64,000 nt of DNA from Perkinsela sp. CCAP 1560/9. Taxonomy: Eukaryota; Protista; Euglenozoa: Kinetoplastea. Positions within the stretch are counted from its first letter, which is position 1. The number at the start of each line of letters is the position of its first letter. This document shows positions 15,001-30,000 of the stretch, piece by piece. The stretch covers positions 4,071,368 through 4,135,367 of the forward strand of contig CBFFSA010000001.1 in NCBI GenBank assembly GCA_965644495.1, given 5' to 3'. The position numbers and the translations under genes are program-made. The notes under the pieces were generated by a model. That model worked only from the letters and a program-made list of their open reading frames with translations, did not search any database and was not told the origin of the DNA.

Positions 15001-18000
15001 AAGATCGAGTTTTTTGTAAAGATCGAGTTTTTTTAGCAAAGATCGAGTGTTTTGTAAAGATCGAGTGTTTTGTAAAGATCGAGTGTTTTGTAAAGATCGA
15101 GTGTTTTGTAAAGATCGAGTGTTTCGTAAATATCGAGTTTTTTGTAAAGATCGAGTTTTTAGCAATGATCGAGTTTTTTGTAAAGATCGAGTTTTTTGTA
15201 AAGATCGAGTGTTTTGTAAATATCGAGTTTTTTGTAAAGATCGAGTTTTTAGCAATGATCGAGTTTTTTGTAAAGATCGAGTGTTTTGTAAAGATCGAGT
15301 GTTTTGTAAAGATCGAGTTTTTTGTAAAGATCGAGTTTTTAGCAATGATCGAGTTTTTTGTAAAGATCGAGTGTTTTATAAAGATCGAGTTTTTAGCAAA
15401 GATCGAGTTTTTTGTAAAGATCGAGTTTTTTGTAAAGATCGAGTTTTTTGTAAAGATCGAGTTTTTTTAGCAAAGATCGAGTGTTTTGTAAAGATCGAGT
15501 GTTTTGTAAAGATCGAGTTTTTTGTCAGGATCCAGTTTTATGTAAAGATCGAATCTTTTGTAAATGTCGAGTGTTTCGTAAATATCGAGTTTTTTGTAAA
15601 GATCGAGTGTTTTGTAAAGATCGAGTGTTTTGTAAAGATCGAGTGTTTTGTAAAGATCGAGTTTTTTGTAAAGATCGAATCTTTTGTAAATATCGAGTGT
15701 TTCGTAAATATCGAGTTTTTTGTAAAGATCGAGTGTTTTGTAAAGATCGAGTTTTTTGTAAAGATCGAGTTTTTTTTTGAAGATCGAGTTTTTTGTAAAG
15801 ATCGAATCTTTTGTAAATATCGAGTGTTTCGTAAATATCGAGTTTTTTGTAAAGATCGAGTGTTTTGTAAAGATCCAGTTTTATGTAAAGATCGAGTTTT
15901 TTGTAAAGATCGAGTGTTTTGTAAAGATCGAGTTTTTAGTAAAGATCGAGTTTTTTGTAAAGATCGAGTTTTATATAAAGATCGAATTTTTAGTAAAGAT
16001 CGAGTTTTTAGCAAAGATCGAGTTTTTAGCAAAGATCGAGTTTTTTGTAAAGATCGAGTGTTTTGTAAAGATCGAGTGTTTCGTAAATATCGAGTTTTTC
16101 GTAAAGATCGAGTTTTTAGCAATGATCGAGTTTTTTGTAAAGATCGAGTTTTTTGTAAAGATCGAGTGTTTTGTAAATATCGAGTTTTTTGTAAAGATCG
16201 AGTTTTTTGTAGAGATCGAGTTTTTTGTAAAGATCCAGTTTTTAGCAAAGAACGAGTGTTTTGTAAAGATTGAGTGTTTCGTAAATATCGAGTTTTTCGT
16301 AAAGATCGAGTTTTTAGCAATGATCGAGTTTTTTGTAAAGATCGAGTTTTTTGTAAAGATCGAGTGTTTTGTAAATATCGAGTTTTTTGTAAAGATCGAG
16401 TTTTTAGCAATGATCGAGTTTTTTGTAAAGATCGAGTGTTTTGTAAAGATCGAATCTTTTGTAAATATCGAGTGTTTCGTAAATATCGAGTTTTTTGTAA
16501 AGATCGAGTGTTTTGTAAAGATCGAGTTTTTTGTAAAGATCGAGTTTTTTTAGCAAAGATCGAGTGTTTTGTAAAGATCGAGTGTTTCGTAAATATCGAG
16601 TTTTTCGTAAAGATCGAGTGTTTTGTAAAGATCGAGTTTTTTTAGCAAAGATCGAGTGTTTTGTAAAGATCGAGTGTTTTGTAAAGATCGAGTTTTTTGT
16701 CAGGATCCAGTTTTATGTAAAGATCGAATCTTTTGTAAATGTCGAGTGTTTCGTAAATATCGAGTTTTTTGTAAAGATCGAGTGTTTTGTAAAGATCGAG
16801 TGTTTTGTAAAGATCGAGTGTTTTGTAAAGATCGAGTGTTTCGTAAATATCGAGTTTTTTGTAAAGATCGAGTTTTTAGCAATGATCGAGTTTTTTGTAA
16901 AGATCGAGTTTTTTGTAAAGATCGAGTGTTTTGTAAATATCGAGTTTTTTGTAAAGATCGAGTTTTTAGCAATGATCGAGTTTTTTGTAAAGATCGAGTG
17001 TTTTGTAAAGATCGAGTGTTTTGTAAAGATCGAATCTTTTGTAAATATCGAGTGTTTCGTAAATATCGAGTTTTTCTGTAAAGATCGTGTGTTTTGTAAA
17101 GATCGAGTTTTTTGTAAAGATCGAGTTTTTAGCAATGATCGAGTTTTTTGTAAAGATCGAGTTTTTTGTAAAGATCGAGTGTTTTGTAAATATCGAGTTT
17201 TTTGTAAAGATCGAGTTTTTTGTAGAGATCGAGTTTTTTGTAAAGATCCAGTTTTTAGCAAAGAACGAGTGTTTTGTAAAGATCGAGTGTTTCGTAAATA
17301 TCGAGTTTTTCGTAAAGATCGAGTTTTTAGCAATGATCGAGTTTTTTGTAAAGATCGAGTTTTTTGTAAAGATCGAGTGTTTTGTAAATATCGAGTTTTT
17401 TGTAAAGATCGAGTTTTTAGCAATGATCGAGTTTTTTGTAAAGATCGAGTGTTTTGTAAAGATCGAATCTTTTGTAAATATCGAGTGTTTCGTAAATATC
17501 GAGTTTTTTGTAAAGATCGAGTGTTTTGTAAAGATCGAGTTTTTTGTAAAGATCGAGTTTTTTTAGCAAAGATCGAGTGTTTTGTAAAGATCGAGTGTTT
17601 CGTAAATATCGAGTTTTTCGTAAAGATCGAGTGTTTTGTAAAGATCGAGTTTTTTTAGCAAAGATCGAGTGTTTTGTAAAGATCGAGTGTTTTGTAAAGA
17701 TCGAGTTTTTTGTCAGGATCCAGTTTTATGTAAAGATCGAATCTTTTGTAAATGTCGAGTGTTTCGTAAATATCGAGTTTTTTGTAAAGATCGAGTGTTT
17801 TGTAAAGATCGAGTGTTTTGTAAAGATCGAGTGTTTTGTAAAGATCGAGTGTTTCGTAAATATCGAGTTTTTTGTAAAGATCGAGTTTTTAGCAATGATC
17901 GAGTTTTTTGTAAAGATCGAGTTTTTTGTAAAGATCGAGTGTTTTGTAAATATCGAGTTTTTTGTAAAGATCGAGTTTTTAGCAATGATCGAGTTTTTTG

Positions 18001-21000
18001 TAAAGATCGAGTGTTTTGTAAAGATCGAGTGTTTTGTAAAGATCGAGTTTTTAGCAATGATCGAGTTTTTTGTAAAGATCGAGTGTTTTATAAAGATCGA
18101 GTTTTTAGCAAAGATCGAGTTTTTTGTAAAGATCGAGTTTTTTGTAAAGATCGAGTTTTTTGTAAAGATCGAGTTTTTTTAGCAAAGATCGAGTGTTTTG
18201 TAAAGATCGAGTGTTTTGTAAAGATCGAGTTTTTTGTCAGGATCCAGTTTTATGTAAAGATCGAATCTTTTGTAAATGTCGAGTGTTTCGTAAATATCGA
18301 GTTTTTTGTAAAGATCGAGTGTTTTGTAAAGATCGAGTGTTTTGTAAAGATCGAGTGTTTTGTAAAGATCGAGTGTTTCGTAAATATCGAGTTTTTTGTA
18401 AAGATCGAGTGTTTTGTAAAGATCGAGTTTTTTGTAAAGATCGAGTTTTTTTTTGAAGATCGAGTTTTTTGTAAAGATCGAGTTTTTTGTAAAGATCGAA
18501 TCTTTTGTAAATATCGAGTGTTTCGTAAATATCGAGTTTTTTGTAAAGATCGAGTGTTTTGTAAAGATCGAGTTTTTTGTAAAGATCGAGTTTTTTTTTG
18601 AAGATCGAGTTTTTTGTAAAGATCGAGTTTTTTGTAAAGATCGAATCTTTTGTAAATATCGAGTGTTTCGTAAATATCGAGTTTTATGTAAAGATCGAGT
18701 TTTTTGTAAAGATCGAGTGTTTTGTAAAGATCGAGTTTTTAGTAAAGATCGAGTTTTTTGTAAAGATCGAGTTTTATGTAAAGATCGAATTTTTAGTAAA
18801 GATCGAGTTTTTAGCAAAGATCGAGTTTTTAGCAAAGATCGAGTTTTTTGTAAAGATCGAGTGTTTTGTAAAGATCGAGTGTTTCGTAAATATCGAGTTT
18901 TTCGTAAAGATCGAGTTTTTTGTAGAGATCGAGTTTTTTGTAAAGATCGAGTTTTTTGTAAAGATCGAGTTTTTAGCAAAGATCGAGTTTTTTGTAAAGA
19001 TCGAGTTTTTAGCAAAGATCGAGTTTTTTGTAAAGATCGAGTGTTTTATAAAGATCGAGTTTTTAGCAAGGATCGAGTTTTTTGTCAGGATCCAGTTTTA
19101 TGTAAAGATCGAATCTTTTGTAAATGTCGAGTGTTTCGTAAATATCGAGTTTTTTGTAAAGATCGAGTGTTTTGTAAAGATCGAGTGTTTTGTAAAGATC
19201 GAGTGTTTTGTAAAGATCGAGTGTTTCGTAAATATCGAGTTTTTTGTAAAGATCGAGTGTTTTGTAAAGATCGAGCTTTTTGTAAAGATCGAGTTTTTTT
19301 TTGAAGATCGAGTTTTTTGTAAAGATCGAGTTTTTTGTAAAGATCGAATCTTTTGTAAAGATCGAGTGTTTCGTAAATATCGAGTTTTTTGTAAAGATCG
19401 AGTGTTTTGTAAAGATCGAGTTTTTTGTAAAGATCGAGTTTTTTGAAGATCGAGTTTTTTGTAAAGATCGAGTTTTTTGTAAAGATCGAATCTTTTGTAA
19501 ATATCGAGTGTTTCGTAAATATCGAGTTTTTTGTAAAGATCGAGTGTTTTGTAAAGATCCAGTTTTATGTAAAGATCGAGTTTTTTGTAAAGATCGAGTG
19601 TTTTGTAAAGATCGAGTTTTTAGTAAAGATCGAGTTTTTTGTAAAGATCGAGTTTTATGTAAAGATCGAATTTTTAGTAAAGATCGAGTTTTTAGCAAAG
19701 ATCGAGTTTCTTGTAAAGATCGAGTGTTTTGTAAAGATCCAGTGTTTCGTAAATATCGAGTTTTTCGTAAAGATCGAGTTTTTTGTAAAGATCCAGTTTT
19801 TAGCAAAGAACGAGTGTTTTGTAAAGATCGAGTGTTTCGTAAATATCGAGTTTTTCGTAAAGATCGAGTTTTTAGCAATGATCGAGTTTTTTGTAAAGAT
19901 CGAGTTTTTTGTAAAGATCGAGTGTTTTGTAAATATCGAGTTTTTTGTAAAGATCGAGTTTTTAGCAATGATCGAGTTTTTTGTAAAGATCGAGTGTTTT
20001 GTAAAGATCGAATCTTTTGTAAATATCGAGTGTTTCGTAAATATCGAGTTTTTTGTAAAGATCGAGTGTTTTGTAAAGATCGAGTTTTTTGTAAAGATCG
20101 AGTTTTTTTAGCAAAGATCGAGTGTTTTGTAAAGATCGAGTGTTTCGTAAATATCGAGTTTTTCGTAAAGATCGAGTGTTTTGTAAAGATCGAGTTTTTT
20201 GTAAAGATCGAGTTTTTAGCAATGATCGAGTTTTTTGTAAAGATCGAGTTTTTTGTAAAGATCGAGTGTTTTGTAAATATCGAGTTTTTTGTAAAGATCG
20301 AGTTTTTAGCAATGATCGAGTTTTTTGTAAAGATCGAGTGTTTTGTAAAGATCGAGTGTTTTGTAAAGATCGAATCTTTTGTAAATATCGAGTGTTTCGT
20401 AAATATCGAGTTTTTTGTAAAGATCGTGTGTTTTGTAAAGATCGAGTGTTTTATAAAGATCGAGTTTTTAGCAAAGATCGAGTTTTTTGTAAAGATCGAG
20501 TTTTTTGTAAAGATCGAGTTTTTTGTAAAGATCGAGTTTTTTTAGCAAAGATCGAGTGTTTTGTAAAGATCGAGTGTTTCGTAAATATCGAGTTTTTTGT
20601 AAAGAGCGAGTGTTTTGTAAAGATCGAGTTTTTAGCAATGATCGAGTTTTTTGTAAAGATCGAGTGTTTTATAAAGATCGAGTTTTTAGCAAAGATCGAG
20701 TTTTTTGTAAAGATCGAGTTTTTAGTAAAGATCGAGTTTTTTGTAAAGATCGAGTTTTTTTAGCAAAGATCGAGTGTTTTGTAAAGATCGAGTGTTTCGT
20801 AAATATCGAGTTTTTCGTAAAGATCGAGTGTTTTGTAAAGATCGAGTTTTTTGTAAAGATCGAGTTTTTAGCAATGATCGAGTTTTTTGTAAAGATCGAG
20901 TTTTTTGTAAAGATCGAGTGTTTTGTAAATATCGAGTTTTTTGTAAAGATCGAGTTTTTAGCAATGATCGAGTTTTTTGTAAAGATCGAGTGTTTTGTAA

Positions 21001-24000
21001 AGATCGAGTGTTTTGTAAAGATCGAATCTTTTGTAAATATCGAGTGTTTCGTAAATATTGAGTTTTTTGTAAAGATCGTGTGTTTTGTAAAGATCGAGTT
21101 TTTTGTAAAGATCGAGTTTTTAGCAATGATCGAGTTTTTTGTAAAGATCGAGTGTTTTATAAAGATCGAGTTTTTAGCAAAGATCGAGTTTTTTGTAAAG
21201 ATCGAGTTTTTTGTAAAGATCGAGTTTTTTTAGCAAAGATCGAGTGTTTTGTAAAGATCGAGTGTTTCGTAAATATCGAGTTTTTCGTAAAGATCGAGTG
21301 TTTTGTAAAGATCGAGTTTTTTGTAAAGATCGAGTTTTTAGCAATGATCGAGTTTTTTGTAAAGATCGAGTGTTTTGTAAAGATCGAGTGTTTTGTAAAG
21401 ATCGAATCTTTTGTAAATATCGAGTGTTTCGTAAATATCGAGTTTTTTGTAAAGATCGAGTGTTTTGTAAAGATCGAGTTTTTTGTAAAGATCGAGTTTT
21501 TAGCAATGATCGAGTTTTTCGTAAAGATCGAGTGTTTTGTAAAGATCGAGTTTTTTGTAAAGATCGAGTTTTTAGCAAAGATCGAGTTTTTTGTAAAGAT
21601 CGAGTTTTTTGTAAAGATCGAGTTTTTTGTAAAGATCGAGTGTTTTGTAAAGATCGAGTTTTTGGCAAAGATCGAGTTTTTTGTAAAGATCGAGTTTTTC
21701 GTAAAGATCGTGTTTTTTGTAAAGATCGAGGTTTTTGTAAAGATCGAGTATTTTGTAAAGATCGAGTTTTTTGTAGAGATCGAGTTTTTTGTAAAGATCG
21801 AGTGTTTTGTAAAGATCGAGTTTTTTGTAAAGATCGAGTGTTTTGTAAAGATCGAATCTTTTGTAAATATCGAGTTTTTTGTGAAGATCGAGGTTTTTGT
21901 AAAGATCGAGTTTTTTGTAAAGATCGAGTTTTTTGTAAAGATCTAGTTTTTAGCAAAGATCGAGTTTTTTGTAAAGATCGAGTTTTTTGTAAAGATCGGG
22001 TTTTTTGTAAAGATCGAGTGTTTTGTAAAGATCGAGTTTTTAGTAAAGATCGAGTTTTTTGTAAAGATCGAGTTTTTTGTAAAGATCGAGGTTTTTGTAA
22101 AGATCCAGTTTTTTGTAAAGATCGAGTTTTTTGTAAAGATCGAGTGTTTTGTAAAGATCGAGTTTTTTGTAAAGATCGAGTTTTTTGTAAAGATCGAGTT
22201 TTTAGTAAAGATCGACCTTTTTGTAAAGATCGAGTTTTTTGTAAAGATCGAGTGTTTTGTAAAGATCGAGTTTTTAGTAAAGATCGAGTTTTTTGTAAAG
22301 ATCTAGTTTTTAGCAAAGATCGAGTTTTTTGTAAAGATCGAGTTTTTTGTAAAGATCGGGTTTTTTGTAAAGATCGAGTGTTTTGTAAAGATCGAGTTTT
22401 TAGTAAAGATCGAGTTTTTTGTAAAGATCGAGTTTTTTGTAAAGATCGAGGTTTTTGTAAAGATCCAGTTTTTTGTAAAGATCGAGTTTTTTGTAAAGAT
22501 CGAGTGTTTCGTAAATATCGAGTTTTTAGTAAAGATCGACCTTTTTGTAGAGATCGAGTTTTTTGTAAAGATCGAGTTTTTTGTAGAGATCGAGTTTTTT
22601 GTAAAGATCGTGTGTTTTGTAAAGATCGGGTTTTTTGTAAAGATCGAATCTTTTGTAAATATCGAGTTTTTTGTAAAGATCGAGTGTTTTGTAAAGATCG
22701 AGTTTTTAGTAAAGATCGAGTGTTTCGTAAATATCGAGTTTTTAGTAAAGATCGACCTTTTTGTAAAGATCGAGTTTTTTGTAAAGATCGAGTTTTTTGT
22801 AAAGATCGAGTTTTTAGTAAAAATCGAGTGTTTTGTAAAGATCGAGTGTTTTGTAAAGATCGAGTTTTTAGCAAATATCGAGTTTTTTGTAAAGATCGAG
22901 TTTTTTGTAAAGATCGAGTTTTTAGTAAAAATCGAGTGTTTTGTAAAGATCGAGTGTTTTGTAAAGATCGAGTTTTTAGCAAAGATCGAGTGTTTTGTAA
23001 ATATCGAGTTTTTTGTAAAGATCGAGTTTTTTGTAAAGATCGAGTGTTTTGTAAAGATCGAGTTTTTTGTAAAGATCGAGTGTTTTGTAAAGATCGAATC
23101 TTTTGTAAATATCGAGTTTTTTGTAAAGATCGAGTGTTTTGTAAAGATCGAGTTTTTAGTAAAGATCGAGTTTTTTGTAAAGATCTAGTTTTTAGCAAAG
23201 ATCGAGTTTTTTGTAAAGATCGAGTTTTTTGTAAAGATCGGGTTTTTTGTAAAGATCGAGTGTTTTGTAAAGATCGAGTTTTTAGTAAAGATCGAGTTTT
23301 TTGTAAAGATCGAGTTTTTTGTAAAGATCGAGGTTTTTGTAAAGATCCAGTTTTTTGTAAAGATCGAGTTTTTTGTAAAGATCGAGTGTTTCGTAAATAT
23401 CGAGTTTTTAGTAAAGATCGACCTTTTTGTAGAGATCGAGTTTTTTGTAAAGATCGAGTTTTTTGTAGAGATCGAGTTTTTTGTAAAGATCGAGTGTTTT
23501 GTAAAGATCGGGTTTTTTGTAAAGATCGAGTGTTTTGTAAATATCGAGTTTTTTGTAGAGATCGATTTTTTTGTAAAGGTCAAGTGTTTTGTAAAGATCG
23601 AGTTTTTTGTAAAGATCGAGTGTTTTGTAAAGATCGAATCTTTTGTAAATATCGAGTTTTTTGTAAAGATCGAGTTTTTTGTAAAGATCGAGTGTTTTGT
23701 AAAGATCGAGTTTTTAGTAAAGATCGAGTGTTTCGTAAATATCGAGTTTTTAGTAAAGATCGACCTTTTTGTAAAGATCGAGTTTTTTGTAAAGATCGAG
23801 TTTTTTGTAAAGATCGAGTTTTTAGTAAAAATCGAGTGTTTTGTAAAGATCGAGTGTTTTGTAAAGATCGAGTTTTTAGCAAATATCGAGTTTTTTGTAA
23901 AGATCGAGTTTTTTGTAAAGATCGAGTTTTTAGTAAAAATCGAGTGTTTTGTAAAGATCGAGTGTTTTGTAAAGATCGAGTTTTTAGCAAAGATCGAGTG

Positions 24001-27000
24001 TTTTGTAAATATCGAGTTTTTTGTAAAGATCGAGTTTTTTGTAAAGATCGAGTGTTTTGTAAAGATCGAGTTTTTTGTCTAGATCGAGTGTTTTGTAAAG
24101 ATCGAATCTTTTGTAAATATCGAGTTTTTTGTAAAGATCGAGTGTTTTGTAAAGATCGAGTTTTTAGTAAAGATCGAGGTTTTTGTAAAGATCGAGTTTT
24201 TCGTAAAGATCGAGTTTTTTGTAAAGATCGAGTGTTTCGTAAATATCGAGTTTTTAGTAAAGATGGACCTTTTTGTAGAGATCGAGTTTTTTGTAAAGAT
24301 CGAGTGTTTTGTAAAGATCGAGTTTTTAGTAAAGATTGAGTGTTTTGTAAAGATCGAGTTTTTTGTAAAGATCGAGTGTTTTGTAAAGATCGAGTTTTTA
24401 ATAAAGATCGAGTGTTTTGTAAAGATCGAGTTTTTAGTAAAGATCGACCTTTTTGTAAAGATCGAGTTTTTTGTAGAGATCGAGTTTTTTGTAAAGGTCG
24501 AGTGTTTTGTAAAGATCGAGTTTTTAGTAAAGATCGAGTTTTTTGTAAAGATCGAGTTTTTAGCAAAGATCGAGTGTTTTGTAAAGATCCAGTTTTTTGT
24601 AAAGATCGAGTTTTTTGTAAAGATCGACCTTTTTGTAAAGATCGAGTTTTTTGTAAAGATCGAGTTTTTTGTAAAGATCGAGTTTTTTGTAAAGATCGAG
24701 TGTTTTGTAAGCATCGAGTTTTTAGTAAAGATCGAGTTTTTAGCAAAGATCGAGTGTTTTGTAAAGATCGAGTTGTTTGTAAAGATCGAGTGTTTTGTAA
24801 AGATCCAGTTTTATGTAAAGATCAAATCTTTTTTTTAAATATCGAGTGTTTCGTAAATATCGAGTTTTTTGTAAAGATCGAGTTTTTAGCAAAGATCGAG
24901 TCTTTAGCAAAGATCGAGTTTTTTGTAAAGATCGAGTGTTTTGTAAAGATCGAGTGTTTTGTAAATATCGAGTTTTTAGTAAAGATCGAGTGTTTTGTAA
25001 AGATCGAGTTTTTAGTAAAGATCGAGTCTTATATAAAGATCGAGTTTTATGTAAAGATCGAGTTTTTAGCAAAGATCGAGTGTTTTGTAAAGATCGAGTG
25101 TTTCGTAAATATCGAGTTTTTCGTAAAGATCGAGTTTTTAGCAATGATCGAGTTTTTTGTAAAGATCGAGTTTTTTGTAAAGATCGAGTGTTTTGTAAAT
25201 ATCGAGTTTTTTGTAAAGATCGAGTTTTTAGCAACGATCGAGTTTTTTGTAAAGATCGAGTGTTTTGTAAAGATCGAGTGTTTTGTAAAGATCGAATCTT
25301 TTGTAAATATCGAGTGTTTCGTAAATATCGAGTTTTTTGTAAAGATCGAGTGTTTTGTAAAGATCGAGTTTTTTGTAAAGATCGAGTTTTTAGCAATGAT
25401 CGAGTTTTTTGTAAAGATCGAGTGTTTTATAAATATCGAGTTTTTAGCAAAGATCGAGTTTTTTGTAAAGATCGAGTTGTTTGTAAAGATCGAGTGTTTT
25501 GTAAAGATCCAGTTTTATGTAAAGATCGAGTGTTTTGTAAATATCGAGTGTTTCGTAAATATCCAGTTTTTGGTAAAGATCGAGTGTTTTGTAAAGATCG
25601 AATTTTTTGTAAAGATCGAGTGTTTTGTAAAGATCGAGTGTTTTGTAAAGATCGAGTTTTTTGTGAAGATCGAGTGTTTTGTAAAGCTCGAATTTTTTGG
25701 AAAGCTCGAATTTTCTGGAAAGATCGAGTGTTTTGTAAAGATCGAATCATTTGTAAATATCGAGTGTTTCGTAAATATCGAGTTTTTTGTAAAGATCAAG
25801 TGTTTTGTAAAGATCGACCTGTTTGTAAAGATCGAGTGTTTTGTAAAGATCCAGTTTTATGTAAAGATCGAATCTTTAGTAAATATCGAGTGTTTCGTAA
25901 ATATCGAGTTTTTTGTAAAGACCGAGTGTTTTGTAAAGATCGAGTTTTTTGTAAATATCGAGTTTTTAGCAAAGATCGAGTTTTTTGTAAAGATCGAGTG
26001 TTTTGTAAATATCGAGTTTTTTGTAAAGATCGAGTTTTTAGCAATGATCGAGTTTTTTGTAAAGATCGAGTGTTTTGTAAAGATCGAGTGTTTTGTAAAG
26101 ATCGAATCTTTTGTAAATATCGAGTGTTTCGTAAATATCGAGTTTTTTGTAAAGATCGAGTGTTTTGTAAAGATCGAGTTTTTTGTAAAGATCGAGTTTT
26201 TAGCAAAGATCGAGTTTTTTGTAAAGATCGAGTTTTTAGCAAAGATCGAGTTTTTTGTAAAGATCGAGTGTTTTATAAAGATCGAGTTTTTAGCAAGGAT
26301 CGAGTTTTTTGTAAAGATCGAGTTGTTTGTAAAGATCGAGTGTTTTGTAAAGATCGAGTTTTTTGTAAAGATCGAATCATTTGTAAATATCGAGTGTTTC
26401 GTAAATATCGAGTTTTTTGTAAAGATCGAGTGTTTTGTAAAGATCGAGTTGTTTGTCAAGATCGAGTTTTTTGTCAGGATCCAGTTTTATGTAAAGATCG
26501 AATCTTTTGTAAATGTCGAGTGTTTCGTAAATATCGAGTTTTTTGTAAAGATCGAGTGTTTTGTAAAGATCGAGTGTTTTGTAAAGATCGAGTGTTTTGT
26601 AAAGATCGAGTGTTTTGTAAAGATCGAATGTTTTGTAAATATCGAGTGTTTCGTAAATATCGAGTTTTTTGTAAAGATCGAGTGTTTTGTAAAGATCGAG
26701 TTTTTTGTAAAGATCGAGTTTTTTGTAAAGATCGAGTTTTTTTTTGAAGATCGAGTTTTTTGTAAAGATCGAGTTTTTTGTAAAGATCGAATCTTTTGTA
26801 AATATCGAGTGTTTCGTAAATATCGAGTTTTTTGTAAAGATCGAATGTTTTGTAAAGATCCAGTTTTATGTAAAGATCGAGTTTTTTGTAAAGATCGAGT
26901 GTTTTGTAAAGATCGAGTTTTTAGTAAAGATCGAGTTTTTTGTAAAGATCGAGTTTTATGTAAAGATCGAATTTTTAGTAAAGATCGAGTTTTTAGCAAA

Positions 27001-30000
27001 GATCGAGTTTTTAGCAAAGATCGAGTTTTTTGTAAAGATCGAGTGTTTTGTAAAGATCGAGTGTTTCGTAAATATCGAGTTTTTCGTAAAGACCGAGTTT
27101 TTTGTAGAGATCGAGTTTTTTGTAAAGATCCAGTTTTTAGCAAAGAACGAGTGTTTTGTAAAGATCGAGTGTTTCGTAAATATCGAGTTTTTCGTAAAGA
27201 TCGAGTTTTTAGCAATGATCGAGTTTTTTGTAAAGATCGAGTTTTTTGTAAAGATCGAGTGTTTTGTAAATATCGAGTTTTTTGTAAAGATCGAGTTTTT
27301 AGCAATGATCGAGTTTTTTGTAAAGATCGAGTGTTTTGTAAAGATCGAATCTTTTGTAAATATCAAGTGTTTCGTAAATATCGAGTTTTTTGTAAAGATC
27401 GAGTGTTTTGTAAAGATCGAGTTTTTTGTAAAGATCGAGTTTTTTTAGCAAAGATCGCGTGTTTTGTAAAGATCGAGTGTTTCGTAAATATCGAGTTTTT
27501 CGTAAAGATCGAGTGTTTTGTAAAGATCGAGTTTTTTGTAAAGATCGAGTTTTTAGCAATGATCGAGTTTTTTGTAAAGATCGAGTTTTTTGTAAAGATC
27601 GAGTGTTTTGTAAATATCGAGTTTTTTGTAAAGATCGAGTTTTTAGCAATGATCGAGTTTTTTGTAAAGATCGAGTGTTTTGTAAAGATCGAGTGTTTTG
27701 TAAAGATCGAATCTTTTGTAAATATCGAGTGTTTCGTAAATATCGAGTTTTTTGTAAAGATCGTGTGTTTTGTAAAGATCGAGTTTTTTGTAAAGATCGA
27801 GTTTTTAGCAATGATCGAGTTTTTTGTAAAGATCGAGTGTTTTATAAAGATCGAGTTTTTAGCAAAGATCGAGTTTTTTGTAAAGATCGAGTTTTTTGTA
27901 AAGATCGAGTTTTTTGTAAAGATCGAGTTTTTTTAGCAAAGATCGAGTGTTTTGTAAAGATCGAGTGTTTCGTAAATATCGAGTTTTTTGTAAAGATCGA
28001 GTGTTTTGTAAATATCGAGTTTTTTGTAAAGATCGAGTTTTTAGCAATGATCGAGTTTTTTGTAAAGATCGAGTGTTTTGTAAAGATCGAATCTTTTGTA
28101 AATATCGAGTGTTTCGTAAATATCGAGTTTTTTGTAAAGAACGAGTGTTTTGTAAAGATCGAGTTTTTTGTAAAGATCGAGTTTTTTGTAAAGATCGAGT
28201 TTTTAGCAATGATCGAGTTTTTTGTAAAGATCGAGTGTTTTATAAAGATCGAGTTTTTAGCAAAGATCGAGTTTTTTGTAAAGATCGAGTTTTTAGTAAA
28301 GATCGAGTTTTTTGTAAAGATCGAGTTTTTTTAGCAAAGATCGAGTGTTTTGTAAAGATCGAGTGTTTCGTAAATATCGAGTTTTTCGTAAAGATCGAGT
28401 GTTTTGTAAAGATCGAGTTTTTTGTAAAGATCGAGTTTTTAGCAATGATCGAGTGTTTCGTAAATATCGAGTTTTTCGTAAAGATCGAGTGTTTTGTAAA
28501 GATCGAGTGTTTTGTAAAGATCGAGTTTTTTGTAAAGATCGAGTTTTTAGCAATGATCGAGTTTTTTGTAAAGATCGAGTGTTTTGTAAAGATCGAGTGT
28601 TTTGTAAAGATCGAATCTTTTGTAAATATCGAGTGTTTCGTAAATATCGAGTTTTTTGTAAAGATCGTGTGTTTTGTAAAGATCGAGTTTTTTGTAAAGA
28701 TCGAGTTTTTAGCAATGATCGAGTTTTTTGTAAAGATCGAGTGTTTTATAAAGATCGAGTTTTTAGCAAAGATCGAGTTTTTTGTAAAGATCGAGTTTTT
28801 TGTAAAGATCGAGTTTTTTTAGCAAAGATCGAGTGTTTTGTAAAGATAGAGTGTTTCGTAAATATCGAGTTTTTCGTAAAGATCGAGTGTTTTGTTAAGA
28901 TCGAGTTTTTTGTAAAGATCGAGTTTTTAGCAATGATCGAGTTTTTTGTAAAGATCGAGTGTTTTGTAAAGATCGAGTGTTTTGTAAAGATCGAATCTTT
29001 TGTAAATATCGAGTGTTTCGTAAATATCGAGTTTTTTGTAAAGATCGAGTGTTTTGTAAAGATCGAGTTTTTTGTAAAGATCGAGTTTTTAGCAATGATC
29101 GAGTTTTTCGTAAAGATCGAGTGTTTTGTAAAGATCGAGTTTTTTGTAAAGATCGAGTTTTTAGCAAAGATCGAGTTTTTTGTAAAGATCGAGTTTTTTG
29201 TAAAGATCGAGTTTTTTGTAAAGATCGAGTGTTTTGTAAAGATCGAGTTTTTGGCAAAGATCGAGTTTTTTGTAAAGATCGAGTTTTTCGTAAAGATCGT
29301 GTTTTTTGTAAAGATCGAGGTTTTTGTAAAGATCGAGTATTTTGTAAAGATCGAGTTTTTTGTAGAGATCGAGTTTTTTGTAAAGATCGAGTGTTTTGTA
29401 AAGATCGAGTTTTTTGTAAAGATCGAGTGTTTTGTAAAGATCGAATCTTTTGTAAATATCGAGTTTTTTGTGAAGATCGAGGTTTTTGTAAAGATCGAGT
29501 TTTTTGTAAAGATCGAGTTTTTAGTAAAGATCGACCTTTTTGTAAAGATCGAGTGTTTTGTAATGATCGAGTTTTTTGTAAAGATCGAGTGTTTTGTAAA
29601 GATCGAGTTTTTTGTAAAGATCGAGTTTTTTGTAAAGATCGAGTTTTTAGTAAAGATCGACCTTTTTGTAAAGATCGAGTTTTTTGTAAAGATCGAGTTT
29701 TTTGTAAAGATCGAGTTTTTTGTAAAGATCGAGTTTTTAGTAAAGATCGACCTTTTTGTAAAGATCGAGTTTTTTGTAAAGATCGAGTTTTTTGTAAAGA
29801 TCGAGTTTTTTGTAAAGATCGAGTGTTTTGTAAAGATCGAGTTTTTAGTAAAGATCGAGTTTTTTGTAAAGATCTAGTTTTTAGCAAAGATCGAGTTTTT
29901 TGTAAAGATCGAGTTTTTTGTAAAGATCGGGTTTTTTGTAAAGATCGAGTGTTTTGTAAAGATCGAGTTTTTAGTAAAGATCGAGTTTTTTGTAAAGATC